From assembly GCF_009914755.1 (NCBI RefSeq), contig NC_060925.1: 64,000 nucleotides of DNA. One strand, written 5' to 3'. Origin of the DNA: the human T2T-CHM13v2.0 reference genome, Homo sapiens. Position 1 is the stretch's first letter, and each line of letters starts with the position of its first letter. This document shows positions 36,535 through 53,387 of this stretch, piece after piece. The position numbers were made by a program, and so were the translations under genes. The notes beneath the pieces were generated by a model. That model was not told where the DNA came from. It searched no databases and was given only the letters and a program-made list of their open reading frames with translations.

Positions 36535-38129
36535 CCCTAAATCCAATTCTGTTCATACTAACAACACCACCACCACCACAACAATAACAAAAAATACCCC
36601 ACAAATAAATGGAAAGCAATAAAAAATATAAACTAATCATATGTTAAATCTACTTTTTCCACCTCTGTTTTTTAAGAAAAATAAATATTGGTAGCTGTTA
36701 CTCTTAATTACATGATTTACTACTATAACAAAAATATTCTATTTATTTATTTAAAAAATTATTTGGGTGCATAGCTCTTGGAATGTATTAGTAATGTAAA
36801 CAGAAAACATTTTAACTCACAAAATTCACATTCAGGGGTATGTGTGCACATACATACATACAGGGTTAGTTGCAGATACAGATGTCATATGATAACATAA
36901 TTAAGTTAATGATATTGTATGTGAAGAGGTGATCTTACATGCTATGGAAAAAGATTATATAAAGCAGGGCTAGGAGTATTGGAAATGGAGGGGAATGTGT
37001 TGAAATTTACATAGGGTGATCAAGAGTAGGTCTTATTGAGAAGGTGGCATTTGTGACTTAAAGGAAATGAGAGAGCCATGGAGATATGTGAAGGAAAAGC
37101 AGCATTTCCAATAGAGGCAACAGCCAGAGCGAAAGACCTCAGGCAGTAATCTTATATATTTGAGGATGGGAAAGAAAGCTGCTGTGCTTGAAACAGATAA
37201 AGTGAAGGGAGAGAAGTAAGAGATAATGTCAGAGAGAGAAGAGGAAAGAGGACAAATGATATAGTGGCTGGTGGTCATTGTAGGGACTTTTCCTTTTATT
37301 CTGATTGAAACAGGAAGCCAGGGCAGGGTTTTGCACAGAGGAGAGACATGAACTAACTTATGATGTGTGTGTGGGAGAGTTGGGGTAATGGTGTAAGCCG
37401 AAGTAGAAACAAGGAGATATTGTGGAGCTCTTGTAATCCAGACATGAAATGATGGTAGCTTTGACCTGGGGGAAGGAGTGAAGATGGTGAGAGGTGACCT
37501 GGATAGAGTTTGGATATAGATTCTGAGTATGGAAGTTTGAAAGTAGAGCTAACATGATTAGCTGTAAAGAATCAGAGAAATGAGTCAAGGATAACACCAA
37601 AGTTTTGGCCTGAGCAACAGAAAAGATAGAGTCACCTATAATTGACTTGGGAAAGACTGGTGGGGGACGCAGTTTGGGTTTTATAAAGGAGTTTGATTTT
37701 AGACATGTTGAGTATGAGATGTGTATTAGACATCTATTAAAATTTGCAATTCCAGAGAGAAGTTTGTATTCAAGATAGAAGTCTAGTATTAGAGATAGAT
37801 TCTTTGGTATTGACACAGATTTTAAAGCCATGACTGGATTATCCCCAAAAGAGTGAATGCAGATAAGGAAGAGGAGCAGGAGGAGTGGATTCCATTTCCA
37901 GGATCTGATTTATAAACAATGTGGGGGACTCTCTGAAATAATTATGAATATAAAATTAGGGCAACAGTAAATAATGGAAAAAAGAAAAAAGCAGGTTGTA
38001 TATTTTAAAAAGCTGAGAAATATAAAAATATTACCAAGTTTGGAAAAATGACAGTATTTTAATTAATTTACTGACAAAGCACTCTAACATTTTTCCTTAC
38101 TGTTTTAGGCTGTCTTCTCAACCACTCTC

Positions 38130-38422
38130 TTTTTTCTTTTTCTGAGACGGAGTCTCATTCTGTAGCCAGACTGGAGTTCAATGGCGTGATCTCAACTCAC
38201 TTCATCCTCCGCCTCCTGGGTTCAAGCGATTCTCCTCCCTCAGACTCCCTAGTAGCTGGGACTACAGGCACGCACCACCACACCCAGCTAATTTTTGTAT
38301 TTTTAGTAGAGACGGGGTTTCACCATGTTGGCTAGGATGGTCTCGATCTCTTGACCTTGTGATCCAGCCGCCTCGGCCTCCCAGAGTGCTGGGATTACAG
38401 GTGTGAGCCACAATACCGGGCC
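38130..38422 (-). mobile_element. Alu (AluSc-like)
   Basis: Poly(T) followed by a full dimer; 'aggatggtctcgatctcttgaccttgtgatc'. Confidence 0.92.
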
Positions 38423-38700
38423 TACTTATACCACTATGACAATAATTTACAAATGTTTTCATAGAAAATAGAAATAATTTCTCAAAAAACATTTTTTATC
38501 ACTGATTAGTGGGATGCACAAGATGCAAGATTTTATCCACAGACAAACTCACTGTTAATACTGATACAGGTTTATACCCTACAAACAGAAGTTCTACTAC
38601 ATTTGATTACATTTTATTACCATCAAAAATGAAAGAAATTTTACATTTACAATTGACATACTGCATTACCAAGTGTGTTACTGACAGAAAAAAAATTTCC

Positions 38701-38992
<292 letters not shown>

Positions 38993-40514
38993 AAAAATTT
39001 TCACTTTGATTAGGTATTAATTTCACATGTTTGAAGATTGGAAGAATTTTTTTTAGATTAGTTTATGGATCCATATATTTTAAATCATTTTTTCCTTCTA
39101 CTACATATATAGTCTCAGGTGCCTCACAACACATTCACAATGCAACTCAACCTCTGGCACGTGAGTAGTTGGAGTACTGTTTAAAGCCAGCTCTTTTATG
39201 AGGTAGCTAGCATTACCTTAATACATGGAAATGACAAAACCACATAAAAATACCCTATAAAACCTTGGTTGCATTTGGCCGCATCCCCAACATGACTGCT
39301 GCTACTCTAGTAGCACCTGGATGTAAGGAAATGTGATAGAAAGAAGTGAAAAGGAGGAAAAAGTAGTCTTAACCAATTACAATTTGAAAGCATGAACAGA
39401 TTTTGGGGGCTTTCCTAGACCCTTGAAATGGGCCCATGCAGTGGAGGATTGCTGAAACTAAAATTAAACATCATTAGCTTCACTGTAAATCCTCCTCTGG
39501 GAGGCAATTAAAGACTAAGTCCTGAAGCACTTCAATATAAAGAGTTTGAGAATGAAAAGTGACCACAACAGAGATTGAGAAGGAATGGGAGTGATTTGTG
39601 CAGTAGGAGGAAACTCAAGAAAAATACAGGCTTTCAGAAACTGTGAAAAATAATGTATCAAGGAGAATGCTATCAACTATAGGAAAAAGGATGAGGACTG
39701 AAAATTGATCATTGGATTTAGCAACATGGAGGTCATTTGTGACAATAGCCAGAGAAGATTTAGTGAATCGATGAAGTCAAAGCCTTAAGGGATGAGTTTA
39801 AAGAGAATTAGGGTGAGAACAGAGGTAAGCAAAAAATACAGATAACTATTTCAAAAAATTTTTCTACAAAGGGGATCCAAGATATGGAAATATAAGTAGC
39901 AAGGGTAGTGGGGTCAAGAAGAATATATATATGTATGTGTATATATATCCAGGTGGGCATGAATCAGCAGAGGATGAAATGCTGATGATATAGGAGAGAG
40001 GCAAGGGAATCTAGTGCAAAAATGGAAGATTTGGCTTTAGGTAGTTTCATCTATAATTCATCTATGGCAACAGAAGAAAGGGCCTAGTATGTGAGTGCAA
40101 GTGTTAGCAGACAGTGGAATCCATGGAAGTTCTTTTCTGATTGCTCTAATTTTCTCAGTATGGAGGAAGCAGAGTCATCAGCTTCCTACTGGGAATACAG
40201 ATAAAATAGAAGCTGTTTGAGGTGTGAGGAGAAAGGTGTGGATTATCATGTAGGGGAGTGAAAAAGTAAATAGATTAGGGAAGTTCAGTAGAATTTCTGG
40301 TAGCATTAGCAGCTCACCCTTATCTGTGTTTATTAATTCAACATATCTTCCCACATGATTGTGAGATTTTCTATAGTCATGGTTACCTGTACAGGTACAG
40401 GAGTGAAAAGAGTTGGATTTGTCTGTGCTATCAAGTGCAAAAATAAGCATGCAGATAGTGTGTTCTATAGAAATTCACAGATCCTGGTGGGATGGCCTTT
40501 ACCGTGTGAGTGAA

Positions 40515-40885
40515 TGCAGTGGTTTGAATGTGCCCTCCAAAGTTTATGGGTTGGAAACTTAACCCACACTACAGCAGTGTTGAAAGGTGGATCTTCAGGA
40601 AGTAATTGAGTCATGAGGACTCTGCCCTCATGAATGGACTAATGTTATTGCAGGAATGGGTTCCTGATAGAAGGCGGGGTTCAGTCTACTCCCCCCAGTA
40701 ACTCCCCACATGCTCTATTGTCCTTCTGCCTTCTGCCGTGAGTGATGCAGCAAGAAGGCCCTTGTCAGATGTGGGCCCCTCAACCTTGGACTTCCCAGAC
40801 TCCAGAACTGTAAGATAGAAATTTTTGTTCTTTATAAATTGCCCATTCTTTGGTATTATGTTATAGCAGCACAAAGCAGACTAAG
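40515..40885 (+). mobile_element. MSTD-like MaLR solo LTR
   Basis: 'tggtttgaatgtgccctccaaag...ttggacttcccagactccagaactgtaaga...gttatagcagcacaaagcagactaag'. Confidence 0.8.
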
Positions 40886-42084
40886 TGAATTTTGAATGAA
40901 CGTTTGAAAGAGAAGAATTGCTGAATCCAGGAGAGACAGATAATGTATCTTTGAAGTGAATTAAGTAATTTAAGTAATTTTCTAGGCAATGACAGACTTA
41001 TAGTTTTGATGACTCAAACATTTATAAATACCATGAATATGAAATTGTCTGTTCCCAAGAGATCTGGTGAGTTTGTCTTTTGTTACTTACTTACTGGGAA
41101 GTATTTTAGTACCTCTTTTCATCTAAATTTCATGTTAACTCTCCTCTGAAGCAAAAACAGTGCTTCCAGAGCTCTCTCTGCCACCATTTATTGTGTATAT
41201 TTTGTTTCTTGGCTTTTATCCTGTCTTTACAATTTTTTACCCTGAGGGTTGAGAAAATACAGAATCAAGTCCAAAGCAATGTACTGTGCTGAACTACTTT
41301 CTACTCTCAACAGCATATAGCCCTTGAAAACACGGTGTAATTTCCGCCCTTATAATGGTCCTCTGAAAAGTAGTGAGGTAACCAGGGTGAAGGGCTCCGT
41401 AGACTCTTTGGTCCTTGTTAGCACTTGGGGTTCTCTTGGTTGGAGACTCCTCTACACAGTGAATATAAATCCTCTGTGCTAAATCTTGAGGCTAAAAATG
41501 TTGTCTCAAAGGAAGGGTCTTGGTTACCAATCTTGTTAAATGAATGAAGTTTGATGAATTTAGATGAGGAAAATAATTTGGATCTTCTTAAGGTTGTTCC
41601 AGGCTCTTTTCTACAATCTTGTGATACATTTGTAAAATCACTTATTTATTTTTATATCCTAGGCATAGAAAAGGAGGTAAACTATTAGTTAGAAATCCAT
41701 ATCCTTAATCCAGTATAATTTACAAATTCAGAAAGTAACATATTCTAGAAAAAGACTATAATTTGTTTCCTTGTCAGTATTTAAATACATCTCCTTCTCA
41801 ACTTCAAGCATCACTTAACCCTCCTTTGACAAATAATATATGTTCCACAGTCAATACTACCTCATTTAGACTGAGGAAACAAGCTCTACCCGTGTCATTT
41901 GCTTTAGGATAGAGTCTTACACAAAGCTTTCCAGTATTTGATAAATTGATCCTTTGGATCCAAGGGACAGGAAATCCATGTGGTCATACACTCTCCTGAT
42001 AGTTGTTAGGCTTGTGAAAACAGCCAGATTCTGAGAGACGGTGTTCTGTTCCTAGTATGAATTTTTGAGCTATATATTCTCTGT

Positions 42085-42085
<1 letters not shown>

Positions 42086-42117
<32 letters not shown>
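42086..42117 (+). repeat. (GT)16 microsatellite
   Basis: Perfect dinucleotide run. Confidence 0.97.
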
Positions 42118-42119
<2 letters not shown>

Positions 42120-42277
42120 GGAGCAAGGAGAAGATAGGTTTATCAAAGAACAGTAAACTGACAATAACATTGATTATTTTCAAATTGAAACATAACTTAT
42201 TAGTTGGTTTATTTGAAAAAATAAAAGCCTAAAATAAACAAAATCAGTGTATCATACATTGGAAAGGTGAGAGTATT

Positions 42278-45016
42278 TGATATGGCTTGGATCTGTGTCT
42301 CCACCAAATTTCATGTTGAATTGTAATGCCCAATGTTAGAAGTAGAGCTTGTTGGGAGGTGTTTGGGTCATGGGGACTGTGATAGTTAATACTGAGTGTC
42401 AAGTTGATTGGATTGAAGGATGGAAAGTATTGATCCTGGGTGTGTCTGTAAGGGTGTTGCCAAAGGAGATTAACATTTGAGTCAGTGGGCTGGGAAAGGC
42501 ATACCCACCCTTAATCTAGGTGGGCACAATCTAATCAGCTGCCAGCATGACCAGAATAAAAGTAGGCAGAAAAATGTGGAGATATTAGACTGTTGTAGCC
42601 TCCCAGACTACATCTTTCTCCTGTGCTGGATATTTCCTGCCCTTGAACACTGAACTCCTAGTTCTTCAGCTTTGGGACTCAGACTGGCTCCTTTGCTCCT
42701 CAGCTTGCAGATGGCTTATTGTGAGATCTTGTGATCCTGTGAGTTAATATTCCTTAATAAACTCCCCTTTAATATACATCTATCCTATTAGTTCTGTCCC
42801 TCTAGAGAACCCTGACTAATCTAGGCGCAGATCCCTCATGGCTTGGTGCTGTCTCCATGGTGGTGAGTTCTCAAGAGATCTGCTTGTTGTAAAGTGTAGC
42901 ACCTCCCCTACCCTCTCTTGCTCCTGCTTTCACCAAGTGAAGTGCCTGCTCCATGAGCAAAAACCCCCTGAGGCCTCTCTAGAGGAGATGCCACTGTGTT
43001 TCCTATACAGCCTGCAGAACCATGAGCCAATGAAACCTCTTTTCTTATAAATTACCCAATCTCAGGTATGTCTTTATAGCAATACAGGAATGGCCAAAAA
43101 CAGAAAATTGGTACTGAGGAGCGGAGCATTGCTATAAAGGTATCTGAAAATGTAGAAGCAGCTTTTGAACTGGTAACAGGTAGAGGTTGGAAGCATATGG
43201 AGGGCTCAGAAGAAGATAGGAAGATGAGGGAAAGTTTGGAACTGCTTAGAGACTGGTTAAATGGTTGTAACCAAAATACTGATAGTGATATGGACACTGA
43301 AGTCCAGGCCTCGGAGGCCTCGGATGGAAATGAGGAACTTACTAGGAACTGGAGCGAAGGTCACACATGTTATGCCTTAGTAAAGAGTTAGGCTGCATTC
43401 TGTTCATGCCCTAGGGATCTGTTGAAGTTTGAACTAAAGAGTAATGACTTAGGATATCTGGTGGAGGAAGTTTCTACGCAGCAAAGTGTTCAAGATGTGA
43501 TCTTGCTGTGTCTAATCACCTATGATCAGATATGGGAGTAAAGGAATGGCTTAAAGTTTGAATTTATATTTATTAGAAAGCATAGCATAAAAGTCTGGAA
43601 AATTTGCAGCCTGGCCATGTGGCAGAGAAAGAAAATGCTTTTTTTTCCAGAGGCAAATTTAAGCAGGCTGTGGAGCAATCATTTTCTAGAGATATTGTGT
43701 AACTAAAAGGGATCCAAGTGCTAATATCCAAGACAATGGGGAAATGAACTTAAAGGCATATGGGAGACCATCACATCAGCCCCTCCCATCACAGGCCCAG
43801 AGGTCTAGGAGGGAAGAATGGTTTTATGGGACAAGCCTAGGGCCCCACTGCCCTACACAGCCCAGAGACACTGCTTCCTGCATCCCAGCCACTTCATCTC
43901 CAGCCTTGACTCAAAGAGCTTCAGATACTGCTTGTGCTGCCACTCTGGAGAGTACAAGCTGCCCTAAGCCTTGGTGGCTTCCATGTGATGTTAAGCCTGT
44001 GTGCACAGAAAGTGCAAGAGTGAATGAGGCCTGGCAAACTCTGCCTAGATTATAGAGGAGGTATGAAAAAGCCTGGGTGCTCAGGAAGAAGCCTGATGCA
44101 GGGGTGGAGCCCCCACAGAGAACAGAACCTCTATTAGAGCAGTGACAAGGGGAAATGTGGGGTTGGAATCCCCACACAGAGTCCCCAGTGGAACTCTCAG
44201 TGTAGCAAAGACACAGGGTCAGAGATTCCAAAGCCTTGGGAGCCCAAGCCTTGCACTAGTATGTCCTGGATGAAGGCTATGGAGTCAAAGGAGATTATTT
44301 TGGAGTTTATGATTTAATGAATGCCCTGCCAGGTTTTGAAATTGTTTGGGGGCTACAGCCCCTTTCTTTGGACTGATTTCTCACCGTTGGAATGACAATA
44401 TTTTTCCAATGTCTGTACCCCCATTGTATCTCTGAAGTAAATAACCTTTTTTTTTATTTTACAGGCCCATAGGTAGAAGGGACTTGCCTTGTTTAGATGA
44501 GACTTTGGACTTTGGGATTTTGAGTTAATGCTGGAATGAGTTAAGTCTTTAGGGGACTGTTGGGAAGGCATGATTGTATTTTGCAGTGTGAGAAGAGCAT
44601 GAGATTTGGAGGGGCTGGGGTGGAGTGATATGGTTTGGATCTTTCTTCTCACCAACTCTCTTGTGGAACTGTAATCCCCAATGTTAAAGATGGGGCCAGG
44701 TGGGAGGTGTTTGGGAGATGGTGGTGGATCCCTCATGGCTTAATGTTGTCCTTCTGATAGTGAGTGAGTTCTCATGAGATCTTCCTGTAAAGTATGGCAC
44801 CTCCTCCCACCCCCTTGCTTCTGCTTTCACCATGTGAAGTACCTGCTCCTGCCTCACTTTCTGTCATGAGTAAAAGCTCCCTGAGGCCTACCCAGAAGCA
44901 GACGCTGCTATGCTTCCTGTATACCCGACAAACTCACCAGCCAATTAAAGCTCTTTTCTTATAAAGTACCCAGTCTCAGGTGTTTACTCATAGCAATGCA
45001 AGAATGGCCTAATACA
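42278..45016 (+). mobile_element. MSTA MaLR provirus (5' LTR 42278-43102, internal 43103-44625, 3' LTR 44626-45016)
   Basis: TG...CA termini; perfect TSD gtatt at 42273-77 and 45017-21; internal ORF relic (EGSEEDRKMRESLELLRDWLNGC); purine tract before the 3' LTR. Confidence 0.92.
42378..42823 (+). mobile_element. MLT2A1 (HERV-L) solo LTR nested in the MSTA 5' LTR
   Basis: 'tgtgatagttaatactgagtgtcaa...ctagagaaccctgactaat', 446 bp; degenerate TSD gggac/ggcgc. Confidence 0.88.
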
Positions 45017-45211
45017 GTATTGTTGGAGGAATTTTTGTCTTAGCGCACATGCATTGGGTTGCACCATTATTTGTTTTTCTTACTATAGACTACAGTAAAA
45101 AATATTTGAAAATCATTGGCCTAAAGCAACTAAAGTCTCTTACAGAGTTTACCTCAAGGAGTTGTTAGAAGGTTCACATGTAAATGTTTACAATATGACA
45201 ATAACTTTTTA

Positions 45212-47216
<2,005 letters not shown>

Positions 47217-47924
47217 AAAAAATACTTGGTAAGAAACTCAGTGCTTTATTTTCTAATTTACTATAAAAAATCATATTATTTTATAATAAAAGTTAGAAAA
47301 ATTGAGACATTCCAAGTATTAAGGGTCTAAAATATACAAATGTGAACTTTATTTTGAGAAAAAATGATGTCTTATTTCTAAAAAGCTTTTGAGATCCCTG
47401 AGTTCAGGGAATACAGGATGTATTACATTTTCCTGGAGTTCTACCTGGCACCAATCCCTCCTCAAGGGAATCTGGAGCAAGTTCAGCAAGGACAATGGCC
47501 AGGAGGCCTCATATGATAGTTAGATATCAGGCATTAGAATTTGGCCAGAAGGATTACCCAGAGAGCTCAAAATGGAAAAAGGATGGAAAGAGGGACTTCT
47601 GAGGATGGAAGTTCAAAGAGGGGGTTCTGAGGCTGGAAGTCAGAAAAGCCAAATCTGTCTTAAGGTCTGATCATCAACATTCTTATGCCTTCATTACATC
47701 AGTGAAAATGTAAGAACAGGGCAGGGAGCAAAGGGCAAATGTTGGAACAATGTAAGAGGATCTGAACCCATAAGGTCTAGATTTTGGAACATAAACTTGG
47801 GCCCAGTGTGTTGTAGTTCAAGTAGAGGGAGCTGCAGTGGCTCAGGGCAAGAGGGCAAAAGGAGAAGAGAGCAGCTATGGAACATAATAGAATAATACTC
47901 AGCAGATTCATCTCCTCCCATAAG

Positions 47925-48165
47925 GTGTACATGGCAATAGGCAAAAGGAGAGTCTAAGGAGCCTGATGACCTCACTTTGAATTTAGACGCTGTCACTGAT
48001 TGACTGTGTGAACTGGAATTAATTTCTGTGCCTTAGTTTCTTCAATGTAAAATGAGGTTAATAAAGAGTTGTTAGGAGGATTAAGTACATTAATATTTTA
48101 AAAGTGCTTAGAACAGTGGCCGGTTCATGCTAAGTGCTACATAAGGGCTTGATACATAAATAAGT
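47925..48165 (+). mobile_element. MIR
   Basis: 'ctgtgccttagtttcttcaatgtaaaatgagg...aggattaag...aagtgcttagaacagtg'. Confidence 0.8.
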
Positions 48166-48211
48166 TGTCACCATAGCTTTTTACTTGCAGCAGGATAATT
48201 TTTTGATACAT

Positions 48212-48600
48212 TGTCTTAACCTGTTTTGTGCTGCTATAACAGGATACCTGAGATGGAGTAATTTATGAAGAACAGAAATTTATTTCTCACAGTTCTGGAG
48301 GCTGAGAAGTCCAAGATCAAGTTACTAGTATCTGGTGTCTGGTGTGGTCCTTCTTGATGCAGACTCACATGGTGGAAGACAGAAAGGCAAGAGAGAATAA
48401 ACATTGTATCCTCACATGGCATAAGAGCAAAAGAGTGAATCCACTTCCATAAGCTCTTTGTACTGTGATATTAATCTATTCAGGAAGGTGCAGTCCTCAT
48501 GACCTAAATACCTCTAGTTAGGCCCCACCTCCCAATACTGTTGCATTGGAAGTTAAGTTTCAAAAGGAGTTTTTTGGGGGAAAGCACTCAAACTACAGCA
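48212..48600 (-). mobile_element. MST-family (MSTB/C/D-like) MaLR solo LTR
   Basis: TG...CA termini; TSD tacat/cacat; 'tttatttctcacagttctggaggctgagaagtccaagatcaag'. Confidence 0.82.
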
Positions 48601-50549
48601 CACATTAATGCATGATTTTCTCTCTATATATTTTCCACCTTTCCCTTCCTTCCTTTATTCAAGCAGAAGGTCAGGCTCATGGGTTTTTGGATTCTGGATG
48701 TTTTTGGCTTGCAGAAAGCAGATATTGCATTAAAATGCACTTTCTGAGTTATTTATTCTAAAGACTTCTGAGGGCACCAAGGGAAAAGAGATATGTTCTC
48801 TCTATGGGAAACAGTAGAACGTCTTGTGTGCTTTGATAGTGGAGACCCTTGTCCTGCTCTGTAACGCCACACTGGGGAGGAGTCAAGCTCTCAGGGAAAG
48901 TCTGAGTGGGGTCCCCAGGGAGTCTGAGTTCCCAATCTGGAGGCTCCAACTATCTTCAAAGTTTTTCTGACTCAAGGATGGCATGGCAGCAGCAAAGCTG
49001 CAGGATCTGAAGAGACTGGATGTGTCTCCAAGGGAAATAATAGGTACTAATGAGTCATGACCAGAAGACACTCCCCAGTGTATCAATTCTTTTGTAAGAT
49101 TCTCAGCCTTTTCTCAATCCAGGTGGGGAGGAGATGGGATAAGGAGCAGAAGTATGAGAAATTTCCTGAAGGATAAAGTCTGAATTTTTTTTTTCCCCAG
49201 CCAGCCTGGTGGGATGGGGGCTCAGAGTGTGAAAACTTTCTTGTTTTAGTTTGAGAAAATTTTAAGAATGGTATTTTTTGTACACTGTAGTTTGGCAACT
49301 AAAAATCATACATGATATAGTCATATTTTTGATAACCTCCCTTATTCACCTGCTATTTAAGTTGTTATTCATTTTAAATACATTTCACTTGAGGAATAAT
49401 GTTAAGAATGGGAAATGAAATTCACTGAGTATGCTCTCTGTGTCCCTGCCCAATCATCTCCTATGTCAAATAGGAGCAAACAAACTTGTTTTCAGCTCAG
49501 CTGTCACATCTGAACCTACAAAACCATGATGATCTGGCTTCTGGGAGTTGGAGGAGAGAAGAACCTCTCCTAAATCTGAGCTATTATGCTTCAGTTATCA
49601 CCAGAAACATCTGTTTACCAACTTGTCAAGCCAAACTCTTTACTCTGAATTTAGACAGCTGCCACAAAAATAATACACTTTGCTGAGAAAGACAATAAAC
49701 ACAACATAACAGAAGCCAGTTGTCTCAGGATTAGCCAGCCAGAGATGAGGAAGGCCTATCAGCATTTATGCTCAATTTATAAGGTCCTCTGGCATAGTTC
49801 ACTCTACTGAGTTTGGCTGGGCTCACTTCGGAATTATTTTAAACATAGCTTTAAGTCTGCACGTCAAGGTGGATTTCTGTTGCTCTGCGCTGTGTTGCCA
49901 CCTTGATCACTTCATTTAGGCTCCTTCCATCACCTCAGTGCTTCACCCTGAAGATCTGCTGACCTTGCTGTTTGCAGATCCTGGATTCTGCAGCTGCTAT
50001 CTTTGACAGCTGAACAGTGCGGCTCTGCCCTCAGCTGTCTTCACCTGCTGAGGATGAGATCTGCTGATTCACCTCACACACTGGTGTCACCCTCCGCCTT
50101 ATGCTCAGGTCAGGGGCAGGGCACATCCTCAGTATTATTGCTTGGATTCTGAAATACTACAGAGGTTAATAGTGTAACTTTTAATTTTTTTCATTCTGTA
50201 ATCTTATGCCCTTTGTCTGCTCTCAGCCCACTGGCTGGATCCTTCTTTTTTCAAGTGATTCCATCTCAGGGCTCTTTGTTCTGTATGCAAATTTGAAAGA
50301 ACCATCCTCTTGTCACCACTACCTATACCCCCTACCCAGGTCCTCACACATTCTTATGCAAGTCTGAACCTTAATTGTGGATGCAGTTCAAATGTTTATC
50401 TTAGGATGGTCCTCAGCCTCCAGGAAAATCACATAGGATGCACATAGAAGTTTAGGGAAGGGGCACCACCCAACACACATTGGATATGTGTAAGACTTGT
50501 GTCTACTGTCAACTCCCTATTATATAGGCTATGTGGATGTAAGGTCCAG

Positions 50550-50800
50550 GAATAATAATAATAATAATGGTCAACTTTTCTTGAGTTCTTATCATGTGCC
50601 AGGTGTTGTACTGGTTTTGTATTTTCATGATTTTATTTAATCTTTGCAATAATCCCATGAAGTAGCTATTACATCCATCCATGCAGACTTTAGATAAGAA
50701 CACTGGTGGCACAAAGAGGTTGGGTAATTTACTTGAGGCTCTGCAGTTAGAAAATGGCTGGATCGTGATTCAGTTTGAACTTGAATGGGATACTGAAAAA
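50550..50800 (-). mobile_element. MIR with (ATA)n tract
   Basis: 'ttgagttcttatcatgtgccagg...atttaatctttgcaataatcccatgaagtag...ggcacaaagaggttgggtaattt'. Confidence 0.75.
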
Positions 50801-51812
50801 CTATCACTTGTAAGCAGATCCTGGGGCTTGTACTTCTAATCATTGGCTACATGGGAGGACTAGCCTGGGAATGCTTTCTCTGGCTGTTTTTCCCACATGG
50901 CTAATGGTATTTTTTACTAATGAACTATATTTTTTTACTGTTATAAACACTGCCTAATCTTTCATTAACAAAAGACTGGAATACGCTACTCACCCCAGGT
51001 GATTCATAGGATGGTAGTTTGACTTCAAATACAGAAAGACAATTCTTAACTGTCTTTATGATTAATAATGATAATAAGAAAAACTAGAAAATAGGCCACT
51101 GCTACTTGTGTTCAATGTGCATTCAAATTTATGACATGTCTGTCCTTCACAACCCTCATTCATTGTTACTTACATGTCATACTCTTAGTTATTTTTACTT
51201 AAAAATATATCAATTGTTTTTTGACATGCTCACTTTTTGGATTTTTACTTTTTTGATAAATGTAGCTCTTGTTCTAAATATTGTGTTCTGCTTGGTTACT
51301 TGTGACTACTTGTTATTTATTACAAAATAAATGCATCTCAGACACACACTTTTTCAGATGGCACTTGCATAATATTTAACATTTGGTTAATAGCTCTGAA
51401 AACAATAAGGTGCAAGTATTGCCAGTATGTATCACCAGGAAAAGCTGAGGCTGACAACATTTCAAAATGAATGTATCGAAGCATTTGAAGACTTTTCTCC
51501 ATTTGTATATAGTCAGGGCAAGACAATTGTTTCTCAAATGTTATTTATTTGTTGCTAGTGTTTTTGTGAGCAAATCTTTTTGTGGAGCTGACTTCAGTGT
51601 GACCTTCTCTTTCCAAATGCATTCAACCTTTTGAAAAATCTCTGTTTTGGAATGAAACTTTTCAAAGAACATATTTCTCATGTCTTCCCGAGTGTTGTTA
51701 CTCTTGTCAGAATTTTCCTCTAGTAGGGATATTGTCATTTTTGCTATATCTGCTGGTTAAATTTTTGCACGATGGATAGACTTAGACTAGGCTAAGAGTT
51801 TCTCACAGACTA

Positions 51813-52211
<399 letters not shown>

Positions 52212-53387
52212 TTAAATTTACTACAATAATTGCAATGCCAATGATGTCATCCTCTCTTTCTCTTTATGTCTGGCTCAGGGGCTCTTAATCAATGATAATT
52301 TGAGAGACATATGCAGGAATATACCTTGAGCTTCTTTAAAGTTTCACTTGTCCTCTCATGAATTGTGTCATGATTAGTGAGCTCCATATGGTTGACTGGG
52401 TGACTTTCCGCTGACATTTATTATTGAGCATTTATTTATTAAAAGAAACTTGAGTAGTAACATGCAATATGATGTAAAGTATGATCTAGAGAAACAGAAA
52501 CAGCTTGAATTAAAGCTGTAGATGGGGCTGCGATTCAATCATAAGATAAGGAATAACATTATAAGGCTACCAGAGGTGCGAGGAATTTACTCAGCAAACA
52601 CATATTTGGGATGTTCCCTCTGCCAGAAATGATGCTAGTAATAGGAGATGAAGCAAATATGACATAGTCCTCATCCTAGAAATACTTATTCTAGTCTTGG
52701 AATGTAAATAAATATATATAGCATATGACATGCAAAAATATCACTGAATTTGGACAATAGGCGTTAAATCAAAAAATTTTTGGTGAGTGAAAAAATACAA
52801 TTTTGTACAGTGGAATGAGTGGGTCTGAAGGGCTGGTTCTTAGACAAGGAGTAAATTCTCTTCTCACTTTCTGAGATTTCCCTTGGAAAAATAGTTTAAA
52901 CTTATGTTTTTAGCCACTATCTACATACCAAGCCAAATATAGACCCTCGGCCCAGACTTCCTGCTGAGCTTCAGAACCATAAAGCCACTACCCACTGAAC
53001 ATTAGCACTTGACATTCCGGTATTTCTAGGATAAGGTCTATGTCATATTTAGTTTATCTCCTATTACTAGCATCATTTCTGGCATATTGCCCAAACTCAT
53101 GTATCCTAACTTGATTTTCCTTTATCCGCAATTCCTATTTCAGTTAATCACTACTATTCACCCAGTTTCCAAAGCCACCCTAAATTGTTCCCTCTAATTC
53201 ACATGTCACATTAAATCAGTCCATGTCCCTATTCTCTACCTTCTTAATTGTAAACTTCTCTCCTTGACTTTCCTATTGATGTGATTCATGTATTTGTCAC
53301 TTATCTCACAGATTATTATGATATACTTATAAATCCTCTCCTGTATCTTAATCATTTACAACTTTTCTCTTCCCTAGTGTCCTAGGT

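Noticed and set aside
37358-37831. 157-aa ORF
   Set aside because: It lies within a decayed L2 and has no independent gene features.
47587-47645. Direct repeat of 'ttctgagg(a/c)tggaagt' about 29 nt apart
   Set aside because: Only two degenerate units with no spacers; a local duplication, not an array.
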